The translations under genes and the position numbers were made by a program. The notes under the pieces are model-generated. The model was not told the origin of the DNA. It ran no database searches and worked only from the letters and a program-made list of their open reading frames with translations. This document shows, piece after piece, positions 41,050-54,332 of a stretch of 64,000 bases of DNA. This DNA comes from Cenococcum geophilum (taxonomy: Eukaryota), in assembly GCA_050273025.1 (NCBI GenBank), contig CP158635.1:24924001-24988000 (forward strand). The letters are read 5' to 3'. Numbering within the stretch: position 1 is the first letter of the stretch; every line of letters starts with the position of its first letter.

Positions 41050-44000
41050 GTAGGACGCTACCGTTACGAGAGATAGTATACCTCTTCTAAAGGCAATAAG
41101 AAAATTAATGGATTTTCTTTATACTACTTGCTTACCTAGGACTATTTATACTAATGTAGTATTAATTACTTTATTTAAAGCTAAATAATATACTAGCCAG
41201 TTAAATAGGAATTTTAGATACTTATAGGGTTTAATTTCGTCCTTTATTCGCTTATTTATTTGTAGATTGCACCTAATAGAATTGTAAATCAATTGGAACA
41301 GCTCTAAACTTATTTAGTAATGCCCTAAAATTCTCCCTACCTATACGAAATTCAATTTCCTGCACCTTATACTAATACGCCTGCCCGTTACCTTTAAAGG
41401 TTACTAGGACGTAGCGAATTAAGGACATTGGCTAAGATACAAGGCCGATTATTATTATTCTGCCGGTCTATGCTTTAAGGTATTTCTATAACTAGCAAAG
41501 GATAACGTTCTTTGGAGGTATACAGACGGGACACTTATTCTCATCGTTATTAGGTCTATACCGCTTATAGAAGGAATAAATATAACAGTCTGCAGACTAT
41601 ATGGATTCCCCTATACTATAAATATCTTTATACTAAGCGCATATTTTAGATAACAAACCGGTCGCAATTAATGGCGAAGGAGCCAGCTGCTTCCCTCCTC
41701 TTTTATTACGGATAGTTATAATTAAAATTACTCTTTCTAACTCTGCCTAGCTTATATCCTTTAAGAGTCCTATATAAAGTAGCTCTTCAAGCCAGCGTAA
41801 TATAGTTGAGAAATTCTGGTCGTTTATTAGGTTAAAGGCTGATATCCTAGCCTTATTATCAGCCATCCGCGTAAGTAATTTAGTATAAGTAGCATTATCC
41901 ATAAGTATAAGTACCTCTTTTTTGTCTGAATTAGTGTAGAGATAGGAGTATAAATTATAGCAAGCATTATGCTCTATATCCCTAAGGACATCCCTATAAT
42001 AAACTGCATTTAATTAATAATATAGGCGAAAGCGTGTATTTAGGTTATCGTAGCTATAAAACTCTTCTTTAAGGATATCCATTCTGGAGCTAGTAAAGAT
42101 ATATTTATTAGGTATTACTTATAAAATCTATAGAAATAGAAGAAGTATACTTTAATATCTTAGCGATTAACTAATAAGTTAGGTCTTTTATAGTAAATCT
42201 ACTTTTTAGAGTAAGTAGTAATTCCGAGGAAACGATTGCGTAAGGCCCTCAATTTTCAGAGGGGAGCATTTTATTGGTGTAATGGGTATTTCTAGGTACC
42301 TAAAGCATTGGCGTAAGCGAGGTTAACGGCTAGGACTGCTAGTTGTAATATTATTATATATATCTAAATAGGTTTAAGTATATACTAGCAGACATACTCT
42401 ATAAAGACTAGGAATATCTTCGCGATAATTAAACGCGTATTTATATCCCAATAATTATATAGTTATATATTAGCCTAAGGATATTCTAGAACCGCAGCAG
42501 TTATTTACTCTACCGCGAAACTCACTATAGAATCTAAATCTAAATCGTATTTTCTCTTACATACTATCTTATCTATATCTAGGCTGTATAGATATATTAA
42601 CGTAAATTATTACTTTAAGTTAATAAGAAACTAATTATTTTTTCTTTATACTAGCTTATATACTTAAGATCCTCTATATTAATGCTATGACGGTGCTAGG
42701 GCGCGTTACTTACTAAATTCCGCCGACCCTAACGTCTACTAACCAATTAGGATTTTCCATACTAGGCATAGAAAATCGCTATTAGCTCGCTTACTACTTA
42801 GTACCTTAGCGACCCCTTTATATTTACGTTAACCCCTAAGGGCCTTCCTCCTCTTCTTCTCTTTAGCTTAGTATCTTTGTATAGTAGCAATCTACAAGCT
42901 TCGTCTTAAAGGAATTTATATAAGCCCGTTATAAATATAGTCTTTTATAATTGCTATTAAAGAATATACTAGCTATTTAAGTAGGAATTTACTTATAGAC
43001 TATACTTTATGGAATCGTAAATCAACCGGAAGAGAGTTAAAAACTTTAAGATTATCTATAAATATATTACCGAAATAACTTTCTAATACCTATACCTTAT
43101 ACCAATACATTGGCCCGTCCTCTTTAAAGAGTACTAGGGCGTAATAAATTAAATTATTCGGTTAAGAGATAATACTAAGCACTATTATACGTGTAGGCTT
43201 AATTGCTGTAAGGTGATCCGACGATTAATAAGAGATAATATTCTTTAAAGGTATATAAATTAGGCACTTATTCTTATCTAACTTATATTGTTGATAGACG
43301 GTATAAACCTTATAATCCGCAATCTATTAAGTTTCCCTTAGAGAATATATATCTTTATAGCTATTGTATTGTTTAAATAATAGATTGACCGCAACTAAAC
43401 ACAGATAATAATAACGACTTAGATTCCGTACCTTAAGAATTGTAGTTACTCTTCCTAACTTTTACTCGCTTATATAGTTAAGGACTCTTATATAACGTAA
43501 CTCTTTAAGCCAAAAAATTAAAGTTGTAAGCTATTAACTAGGCATTAGGTTAAGAGTTAATATAATCTTCTTATTAGTTATACCTATAAGCAGTTTATTA
43601 TAAACAGCATCGTCTATAAGTATAAGCGCATCTTTTTAGTCCGCATCGCTATAAAGGCGGGAGTATAAATCGTAGTAGATATTAGGTTCTATTATATTAA
43701 GAGCACCTTTACGGCAAGTTATATCCAATTAATAATATAGGGTGGGGCGCGTTTTAGGATTATTGTAACTATAAAACTGTTCCTAAAGGATATCTATTCT
43801 GTAATTGTAGAAGATATATTTACTAGGTATTATTAGTAAAATTTATAGAAATAGAAGAAGTATGCTTTGTGTAGGTAATTATCTTTACGATTTATTAATA
43901 AATTAGGTCCTTTATAGTAAATCTGCTTTCTAGGTTAAGTAGTAATTTTAAAAAAGCAATTATATAAGGCTACTAATTTTTAGAAGAAAGCATTTCCTTA

Positions 44001-44050
44001 ATATAATAGGTATTTTTAGGGGCCTAAAGTAGCTTCGGTATTGGTTAGTA
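41050..44050 (-). pseudogene. Two tandem homologous coding units (~1.7-kb period), unknown family
   Basis: 42070-42305 aligns with 43786-44030, 41880-41920 with 43600-43640, and 41270-41380 with 43000-43110. Confidence 0.6.
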
Positions 44051-45399
44051 GTAGCTATTAATAGTTATAGGCATATGCGTAGTTAACAGTCTCTAGGAGA
44101 TAGCTAAGGAAAAAAGGGTCGAGAGGTTTACTATTAGGCGTTCTCCGCACTACTAATTATAATGTCCTTAACTAAGGATCCCTAACTCTAGCTCCGTATT
44201 TTAGCGCTCCTATCCCCTCTAGTTATATTATGCCCTATAGCAGTTTCTAAATTCTCTTCTAAGGTCTAACATGACCTCAAATAATTAAGTATAATATCTA
44301 AATAAGTTCTATATTTAAGAAATTGGAATAAGTTATAACATCATATATATATCTATTATTATCCTCCCTATTATCTCCCTCCTTCCTTCCGCTACCGCTG
44401 GCCCGCTTACTATAGATATAGGTCCCATCTAAAGCTATACCATACCCGGCCTTCTGCTGCTTAGTGACTATAATACTGCCTTAGACAATATATGTAACTA
44501 ATAGTTTCTATTTAGCATTAATAAATGCGCCGGAGGGTCTTGCCTTGTTTATAATAATCTCACCTCCCTAAAGGTCAACTAAATAGTGCTAACTTACGAT
44601 AGCCAAACAGCTACGATAGGTTTCCAATTTTAGTTTAATAGGACCTCACTAAGTAAGGATTTCTATACTACTTGTTTCGCCTATACCTGGGGGCTAGAGA
44701 CTCTCTATAATATAAAAAACTAAGCAGTTATTATGTAGAAAGCTTAGATAAAGCTTAATACTCTAAAATATATAGTGTAAATATATATACTAAGTGCTAA
44801 GAGCTAGCCTATCTGCCTTTAAATATCTAGGTATTAGTTATTGGTCTATTATTTTGTCCTATATCCCTCTAATATAACCCGCCTATAATTTAAATCTTTA
44901 AATAGATTGTATAATATAAACGTAGCATAATTATTATTAAAAACCCGTAAGAAGGGTTAATATATTTCTATTTCTTCTAGTACCACCTTTAAGAAAACTG
45001 TATAGATTTAAATACGTCTATACTAAATATATAATTCCTAGATACCTTCCTCCTGCTTTCTTTTTAAAGCTACGCTTTTAGTACTAGTAGTACCTGTTAA
45101 TATATAAAACCCTTAGAGATTGGAGAGGTAACTTATATCTAAAGTTGAGAATGGCGCAAAGAGGGTTAATAAGACTATGACTATAATACAACATAGAGCT
45201 CTTAAGCAATATCCACTAACCTTCCCCCTTTTTGCCTTAATATAATCGGGGAGGTGTTTGGTTTTAAATAGTAAAATTTACAAAACAATAGCTGGAATTA
45301 AAAAGGGGATGTAGTAAACTAAATAATATAGTGTACAAAGGATTCTTTTTAGTTAAATACTAAGGGCCTGAAGATAAGCCTTAAAGTAAGATAGAGGCT

Positions 45400-46042
45400 T
45401 AAATATAGATGAAAAAAATATTAAGCTTAGAATTACAACTAAAACTAAACCCGGAATTAAGCAGTATGTAATATTTATAGAAGTCACTTATGTTAATGCG
45501 TTATCTACAGCTTAAAGTTTCTTAAGTTAATCGTTTAGGATCTTTGTAAAGGCTTTAGGCAAAACATTTATAAGGTTAAGTAGCAGGCTCCTATAATCGG
45601 CATAGTCGTTAAATGTAATAGTGTAATTTTCCGTGCCTAAACTGTAGTTCTTCGGTACTATATTATTTATAGAACTTTGTACCGCACCTATAGTACTAGT
45701 AATAGCACTATAAGCTACGCTGATAAGGCTTTAGGCTTTTGCAGCGGTACTTTAAACCTTACTAAGTAGAGAGTTTAAGTTATTTAGATCTGGGATTTCT
45801 AAGCCACGTAATTAAAGCTATAAACTATCCTGTACCTAAAGAGAGGGGGAGTTAAACTATGCTTCTATTAGTTCCTGTAAGATATAACAATAGAGTTGGC
45901 CTCCTATAATTAATGTAATAATACTAGCGTTTAAGTTCGCCTTTTTGCAGATAACTAGGAGTGTAAGTGTAAAATATAAGAGAAATGCTATAATGTAGAT
46001 TAGTAATATAATTACCTACGGCTATAATATTTCTTTTAGCAT
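45400..46042 (-). pseudogene. Hypothetical membrane protein (PKNCSLGT..C motif)
   Basis: ATG 46042, N-terminal hydrophobic helix, deRIPed VPKNCSLGTENYCITF...C..LPLNL. The 3' end is uncertain. Confidence 0.5.
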
Positions 46043-48024
46043 TTTAATAAGATGAGGTGTAAGGGGATTTGTTATAATAGTAAAAGGATATAAGTTATTA
46101 TAAAATCCTCTTATAACGCGCCGTATCCCTACTATAATAACCCTGTAGAAAAATGCCCCTAGTAAGAAACTATCTTTTACCTTTTAAAGAGTTTCTAAAT
46201 AGCTGTGGTGGCAAGGGTAGGGTTGCTTGTTACTCCCTAAGGAACTACTAACGCGATCTTATACGCCTTGTTATCTAAAGAATGAATTAGGTGGATCAGA
46301 TAGATTAGGTTAGTTAGGTGGGTTAGGTAGGCTTTTTTAAACGGCTCTTTAACGACCTAGTAGCTTAATAAAGGTAATAGATAATTCTAAACTAGGTATG
46401 TACCCTTATATATACGTCTTTTTTAGGAGTAAAAGGTGAACCTGGTTACATTTATATATTCCTTTAATCGCCTTAGTACTATAAGCTTTGTTTAATTCTT
46501 TTTCCTTATATATCTTATTTTTTTGTATTATAGCGTCGGCCTTTACCCTTAAATTGGATAGTATGTTAGTTAGACATAAACGCACCTAGACATACTCCTA
46601 TAGAAAAGTACCTACGAATAGCAAATTTCTAGGTCGTGTATATAAAACTAAAATAAAGACCGCTAGAAAGATATCCTTTTAAGGTGATATCCAATATTTA
46701 TCTTAATTTTCGATTTTTTAATTATGGGTAGATGTCGCATTTAATGTTGAGTTATTGGATCAATATATTAAAAAAACTCTTTTTGCTAACTTAACTTTAG
46801 CGAGCGCTATATCTATTTAGTAGTAGCAGGTTATTAATCTAACTAACGATACTAAGTATTGCGCTATTTGTATAAATATTCTTAGTAAAGGGGAGAACGA
46901 TAGCGCGCGTATGTTTGTTTTGGAACGCTACTACTATATAAGTAACTCCTTAGAGCTAATGACCATTTCAATAGACTAGCTAATTTATTACAGATTGTCT
47001 ATGGTGAATATATTCTTAGTAGTGGCCTAGAAGCCAAGGATGAGTTAGGGATAATAGTTAAATAGTTTAACTGCCCTTACTGGGATTATTCCTACTAAGG
47101 AGTGCAGAATGCACCTAAGATTTTTAGAATTGACTGTTTAATCTACTAGAGAAGAGCTAATAATGCTATTTATTAAATTCTTACCCCTTGCGGTAAGTTC
47201 CTATATATATTTAGATGATTTTAAGAAAAGTCTAACTATTACAGGCTATTTATTCTACTATAACTATATTATAAAGTGGAACAGCTTTAAATATAGTAGT
47301 CATTGCCTATATTGCAGAAAACGCTTTAGTAAAGGCCTTAGCACGTTTTGAAAATTCAAAACAGTTTAGCATAGTGTCCTTTGTTAAATATGTTTATAAG
47401 TTATTATATCTAGACTTGCAATATATACTTTCCTAAAATACTCCCTTTAGGGAAGTTAACTTGGGTTCTAAAAGGGTGTAGTAAGATATTAATAAACCTT
47501 TAAAGGTAAGATAGGGAGATTTAATAGTATATAGAACTTATTATACCTAATGCGAGGTTAAGAATACAAGTTCGTCCTAACCTACTTATTAATTTGGTCA
47601 TTTAGCCCTACCTTATTATCTCTACCGCTTTTTACCCTGGTTACCTTATTGTACTAGTCTCCTATAATATACACTCTTTCCATTTTATTAGCGCTTATAA
47701 TCCCCTCATTTTTGTGCTTATAAGCTTATTACGGATTGGTTAAATTTTCCTACAGACTTAGGCATAGTTTATATAATACGCCGTTAATTTAAAATATCTC
47801 TAATAGTCAAAAGGCGGTTCCCTTTTTTATACCCTAATATAAAGTAGATTTTTAGCTGTATATACTATATATATCTCTAATTAAAATGCGGGTTACTACC
47901 TAGCCACTAGAGCGTAGGTGTACCCTTTAGTAATAGGTGTCTATAATATACCGCATATATAGCGGGGTGTAGTAAGACCGGATTGGATAATGCGAGTTTA
48001 TATATATTTAATTAGGGCTAAAAG

Positions 48025-48210
48025 TGTTAGATAATCTGTATTCTCTGGAGGCGTAGACCGTGCACGAGTCACGAGCACGAGTCACGTGTAGTGTAAACCT
48101 CTTTATCTAAGCCCGAGGGCCCTAGGTCTAAGGTTAATTAACCTTAAAATAAGATCATTAATTAATTAACCTATTTTATTAATAAACAGCTTAATATAAG
48201 CTTCGTGACA
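48025..48210 (+). repeat. Copia 5' LTR
   Basis: tgttag...gtgaca; matches 53736-53921. Confidence 0.97.
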
Positions 48211-48269
48211 GTTATAAGCCTGGTCTGCTAAGATAAGAAGCTATTTAGCTATTATTTAATTATTTAAAG

Positions 48270-48645
48270 AAATTCTACCTTATCGTTAGACTCTAATACC
48301 TTATTATTAAGACGCAGACTCTAATAGAAATTCTACCTTAATTGTTACAGGATAAGATTCCACGAGATTCTATGAGATTTGACCTTATTATCACAGGACG
48401 ATTCTAATGAGAGATTTAACCTCATTGTTAAAGGACGATCTTAACGAGAGATTCGACCTTATTGTTAAAGGACGATCCTGACACGAGATTCTACGAGATT
48501 CTACGAGATTCCATCTTAATTGTCATAGGACGATCCTGACGATAGGACGATCCTAACGATAGGACGATCCTAATGACAGGACGATCCTAATAATAGGACG
48601 ATCCTGATAATAAGGATGATCCTAATGATAAGGACGATCCTAACA
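48270..48645 (+). repeat. Tandem repeats in the copia leader (17-bp gataggacgatcctaac x~7 plus longer units)
   Basis: Directly visible at 48525-48645, with degenerate longer units upstream. Confidence 0.85.
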
Positions 48646-48697
48646 ATAAAATACTATCTTAATTCCTCCTTTACCCATTAGTTAAATAACTCTACTA

Positions 48698-51600
48698 ATG
48701 TTGAGTTTATTGACTATGATCATCCTTAATAAGTTAGAAGACTAGGAGTAATAGATCTGGCAACTATAAGCCCTTATAGATTAGCAAATTTGGGCCTATA
48801 TTGACCCAGCTATAGAAGCACCTTAAGAAGGTCTACTTAAAAAACCACCTCTTCTAAAGGTTATAGACTTTAATAAGAATGCGACCTTATATGCATAGCT
48901 CTTAATAAATTAATAAAGAGCGTACAAGAACAGCAGACAATACTATGACTAAGATATAAAGTACTTCCTAAAATAGGAAGAGTATCTGCAACAGATACGC
49001 ACCTAAATCACGTCTATAGTATTAATTCAAAAGAAGCTACTGCTTGACCCTTCCTTGACCGTTAAAGAATGGCTATCTTAGTTAAAGGAGAACACAAAAC
49101 CTACCTCATTATTTATTAGGAAGAAGGTATAATACCAGTATATAGAAGCCCTTAAGGGGTTTAAACAGTTGTTAAAATTGAACTAATAGCTAGATTAATG
49201 GGAATATATAATAGTACTAGGAGAGAAGTATAAGATCCCTTAAATATCAGAAGGAATCTAGCTTTAAGATTTAGCAGACATTATTTAACCTTTTAGCGAC
49301 GCCTATTATATAAAGTATACTACCAAGTTAAATAACCCTTAGAAGTTAAGATCTTCTAAATACCGCAGAGTAGTAAAGGAGCTGCAAGAAGGACTTATAA
49401 GACTCTTAAAGAAAGCCAATGCTACTATAAGGGGGAGTACCTTTAATACAGACTTCGCAGAGTAAGCTATTAAGGATTACTTTAATACTACTAAAGGCTT
49501 ATAAAGAAAGACCTTGGTATGCACTAGTCGCTTAAAAAGAGCTAGGTTACTAGTTAAAGAGACGTTCTAAAAGAAACCTATACCTAAGTGCTTAGCGTGC
49601 GAAAGACAAGGACATTTACTTTAGGACTATTAGTGTTTATTTAAAGAGAAGAGACCTATAGGAGTTACGATTAGAGAGAATCGCATTAATAGGGTACTAA
49701 AGAAGGTATAAGGGAATAAGGATCTTACTAACCAAGTTACAAAGATTAGACTTAAAGAATAAGAAGATAAGGCTTAATAATAATAGGATAAAAAGAGTTA
49801 TAAGACAGTTAAGATTAAGGGAGAAGCTAATGCAATATTTCTAGAATTATATTACACTAGTTAACTCTATCTACTAAAGCTATTAATTATCCTTAACTTA
49901 GGAACTACTCTCTATATCTTTAATAATCTCTCTTATTTCTATAACTTAAGAAAAGCTTTAAAATATAAATATGTTATCACCGGCAGCTTATAAGTGCCTA
50001 TACTAGGCTACGGCAATGTTACCGTCTAAGTTATAAAACCAGATAAGAGTAAGGGAACCCTACGTCTTAAGGACGTTGCCTTTTATATAGACTTCAATAT
50101 AAATCTAGTGTCGTTCCGTCTACTTCGAAAATAAGGGTACTATTAGGACAATAAAGGAGACAACAATCTTCTTGTTTGAAAGGATAATACAATCCTATAT
50201 TAAATAGAAGAACATCACGGATAATAGACTATCGAATACGTCCAATTAGGAAACTTAAAATCCGCATTTAATATCAGCCGTTTAACGCGCCGTCGACAGA
50301 AGTAGATATCGTTAAGAGACGCTCGTCCAGATTTGAAAGGTAATGTACGTTTATAGCATCTGCGTCTAGGATATCTAGGACCTATAAGCCTTTATCATTT
50401 AGGTATCAACGCCCTAGAAGTCAAGCTTTAAGGCCCTAAGACAACGAAATATTAACATTACAGTCTCGCCAAAATTAAGCGTTAGGTCTTAAGAAGGTTC
50501 TTAAAACAGAATATTAATAAACCTTATTTTAACCTCTATATTAACTAAACTAACCTTAAGGAAGCGCATGCTGGATTTATACGAGTTATGCTTATCTATA
50601 ATACCTTCTTAGGAAGAACCTTTCCGTATTTTATAACGACGCATAGTAAGGAGAAGGAGACACTATAAGTACTTAAAGACTTCATCTAATGGATTCGTCT
50701 GAGGTATAACCTTAAAGTTAACACTATTAGATTAGATAACGAGCTAGGAAGAAGGAGAACCCTTAAATAGCTATAGACCCAAGGGATTATATTTAAGCCT
50801 TCAGCGCTATATACCTAAATATAAAACGGTACCGCCGAATGCTTAGGGGGTGTAATTATTAAGAGAGCATAAGTAATAAGAATTGCTGCTAATCTACCAT
50901 ACGACCTATGGAACGAGATAGTTAACTATACAGTCTACCTTTAAGATCGAACGCCACGGGAAAGTAATGGTTGGAAATCGCTATATAAGAGGTTCTATAC
51001 CTTCCTAGCTAATAGGAGATTAAAAAAGCCGCAACTAGCGCACCTAAAAGCCTATAGCTATAGGGCGTACGCGATGACGTCGGACGCCTAGCTAAAGAAG
51101 AAAAGGCTAAGCAAGCTAGATCCGCGAGCCCATATCGGCTACCTCGTTGGCTATAACTCTACTAATATCTACAGGATCTAGATCCCCTATAAAGGTATCG
51201 TTATCTCTACTAGGGACGTTATTTTTAATGAAAAGATGTTCTTTGACGGCAAGCGAATAGATATCTTAAAGGATCTATACGCTAAATTAGAAACGCTAAT
51301 TAAGAAGATTTAACTTCCTAATAGCCTAACTAAGAATAAGGTTCTTCTGGAAGACAATAAAGAAGTATTTAAACCGTTAATTTAAGAGAAAGACGACAAC
51401 GTTAATAAGCTAGTTTAAACCTTTAATAAGTTAGCAGATCTTAAGCTTGCAAGAGCTCTTAAAGATACATATTGTACGCTACCTCCAATAGAAGAAGACG
51501 AAGAATCTCCATGTGCCTTTTATGTCGAGTATTCTATAAAGTTAGATATACAAGATACTGATTAAGATGTCGCTTATTAAGCAGGAGATGCGTTTAACAC

Positions 51601-53657
51601 TTAGGGGGTGCTTAATAACTTAGTTAAAGACTTATTTAAGGAAGCCGGCGATTATAGGTTCGAAGACTTTATTACCAAAAGGATTACTTCAGCCTATTAC
51701 GGCGCCTTCTTAGCAGGAAGGAAGTTTAACCTTAATAGTTAACTTAACGATAGTAAGCTAAAATTAGGCAGAATACGTGATGTTAGATTATATAGGAAGA
51801 ACTTACCTCCGCTACCTTAGTTAATCCGCGACCTTAATATGTATCCTTTTCAAGATTAGTTCTAAAAAGCTTAGTGAGCTTATCTCTAATCTTATTATCA
51901 AATAAGGTCGTTTTAAGAAATAGATAAGAAGCACGCAAAGGGATAGCAGGTCCTTAGCTTAATGTAGGTATTTGTCTATAAGACGGACAAGTATAGATTT
52001 CTCTAGAAATATAAGGCACGCTTAGTAGTCTGCGGAAATTAATAGGCCTTAGGAGACCTACCTATAAGAGCTACTATATTAGCTAGTACGACCTTCTAAA
52101 CCCTTATAGCGATCACCGCAAAATTTAACCTAGAGACGACATAGATAGATGCAGTTAATGCGTTTGTCTATTACGATCTCAATAAGGTTATCTACATAAA
52201 GCTACTGCTAGGGTTTAATAAAGGAAAAACAGACAAAGTACTGCGCTTAAGAAAAGCCCTATACGGACTATAATAATCACCACTATTATAGCAGAAGAAT
52301 CTCACGAGCTTATTAAACAAATTGGGTTTTAAAGAGGTACCTTAGGAGCCGTATGTTATGCTAAAAGGTAAAATAGTCGTCTTCTTCTATATTAATAATA
52401 TTATCTTCTGCTACTAAAAGATAAATAAGAAGAAAGCTTAAGAAGTAATTAAGGAGCTAAGTAAGGAATACCAGATAAGTACCCTTAGCGAGCTAAAATA
52501 GTTCCTAGGAATCCACGTGCTATATAATTATAGCTAGAGGCTCCTATAGCTATCCCAGGAAGCCTATATAGAGAAGATAGCTAATTAGTATAAGATAGAT
52601 CTTAAAGGGCGTCTTCTAGATACTCCTATAGCAGAATTAGAACTCCTCCCTACTAATTACTAATTAATCCGTCCGACGCGTCCGTCCCCTAATACAGACC
52701 TATTAGTCCGTCCTATATCCCTACCAGCCTCTACAATACTATATTAGAGAAAATTAGGTTTAGTACTCTATATAGCCACTATAACGCGTCCGGATATTAC
52801 CTTTGTAGTATTATAGCTGGTAAGGTTTAATTAAAACCTAAGCTAAGAGCATTATTAAGCGGCAGACAGAGTTATCTAGTACCTATATAGCACGAGAAGC
52901 AGAGTAATCTGCTATAAAGGAGATAAGGAAGGAATGAACGGTAGAGGGAAAGACAAAGGAATACGCGATAAAGGACGAGATAACGAAAAAGACGGTGCGT
53001 AATCATTTATCTATACTAGCGACGCATTATTTGCGGACAACTCCGTTAATAGAAAGAGCTCGTAAGGATATATTATAAAGCTATTTAGGGGGCCGATTGC
53101 CTGGAGAGTAAATAAGTAGGGTATGGTTATAACGTCAAGCATAGAAGCCGAGTTATTAGCCCTATTACAGACAATAAAGGAAGCTATCTTTATTAGCAGG
53201 CTATTTAAAGTAATAACGCTACGCCTAAATAAGCCCTTAATTATTAAATGCGATAATACCTAGACGCTCTAACTGATTATAGAAGATATAGCAAAGCTAA
53301 TTATAAAGCTCTAATACGTTAACATCTATTAATACTAGCTACGTTAGGAATACGTAATAAGATAAGTATAATTTTAATAGATAGTAATAAAGGAGATAAT
53401 CGCTAATAGACTTATAAAGGCCCTGCCTAAGCAGAGGTTTTAAAGCTTCGTTAATATGATCGGAATAGTGGATATTAAGGAGCGGCTGAATAAGGAAAAG
53501 TAACTAGAGGACCTAAGGGACAGTATTAGAGTAAGACGGAAGGATTTAGATAAGATTACAGTTTAATTAACGCATTAATGAGCACGAGAAGGGTTACTAA
53601 GGCGCTAGCCGTAAGCGAGCTAATAGCGATTTTCTATCCTAGAGATGGAAAATCCTA
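48698..53657 (+). pseudogene. Copia gag-pol
   Basis: Zn knuckle CLACERQGH....C (~49590), protease ILDSGTT (~49890), integrase WHLRLGH/RSDN/NGTAE, RT QMDAVNAF/KALYGL/YVDD (~52390), RNase H SDA.FAD/EAE/CDN/IADGLTKAL. Confidence 0.95.
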
Positions 53658-53735
53658 ATTAGTTGGCAGAAGTTGGCAGAATTTAGCAGGAAGATGGTTA
53701 GCTTTAACCTTAAAGAGCTCGAAGCTAAGGGGGTG

Positions 53736-53921
53736 TATTAGATAATCTATATTCTCTAAAGGCGTAGACCGTGCACAAGTCACAAGCACGAGTCACGTGC
53801 AGTGTAAACCTCTTTATCTAAGCCCGAGGGCCCTAGGTCCAAGGTCAATCAACCTTAAGACAAGATCATCAATCAATCAACCCATTTTATCAATAAACAG
53901 CTCAATACGAGCTTCGTGACA
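53736..53921 (+). repeat. Copia 3' LTR
   Basis: tattag (RIPed tgttag)...gtgaca. Confidence 0.97.
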
Positions 53922-54263
53922 GAAAGTAAGTACAAATATCCGATAAGTTTCCTTCCTTTTGCCTACTATCTTATTAATCCTCTTTCCAACTCCTCCCACC
54001 TCTAGCTTAAAGCGTTTACGTCTACTACTATATACCTACTATATCTTTTAGTACCCCTAATTAAATCTCTATAGAGAATCTTAACCAGAGTTAGGACTTT
54101 AGTTGGGATTTCTTTATTTAAATTCTCTTTAAAGCTATAACGGTAAACGGAACTCGCTAATCTAATCTAAGGTATATATTAGTTATATAGGGTGACTTAC
54201 CAATAACGACTACTTGAGTAGGGTTATAGTGATATTAGGTGATAAATCTTATTTAATTAGAAT

Positions 54264-54332
54264 AAGGAAGGGCGAGGAGCTTAAGACTCCTCGCTACGCT
54301 AGTGCCGCGGCGTTATATAATAACCGCTTGCC
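54264..54332. promoter_or_regulatory. Conserved hairpin-containing motif, copy 2
   Basis: cgaggagcttaagactcctcg-ctacgctagtgccgcgg. Confidence 0.4.

Larger units (their letters stand above)
48025..53921 (+). mobile_element. Full-length Ty1/copia LTR retrotransposon, RIP-inactivated
   Basis: 186-bp LTRs; TSD aaaag (48020-24) / gaaag (53922-26); PBS-like gttataagcc; PPT aagggggtg; gag-PR-IN-RT-RH order. Confidence 0.97.

Noticed and set aside
46204..46410. Solo LTR
   Set aside because: Only the 9-bp motif supports it; I could not define ends or a TSD.
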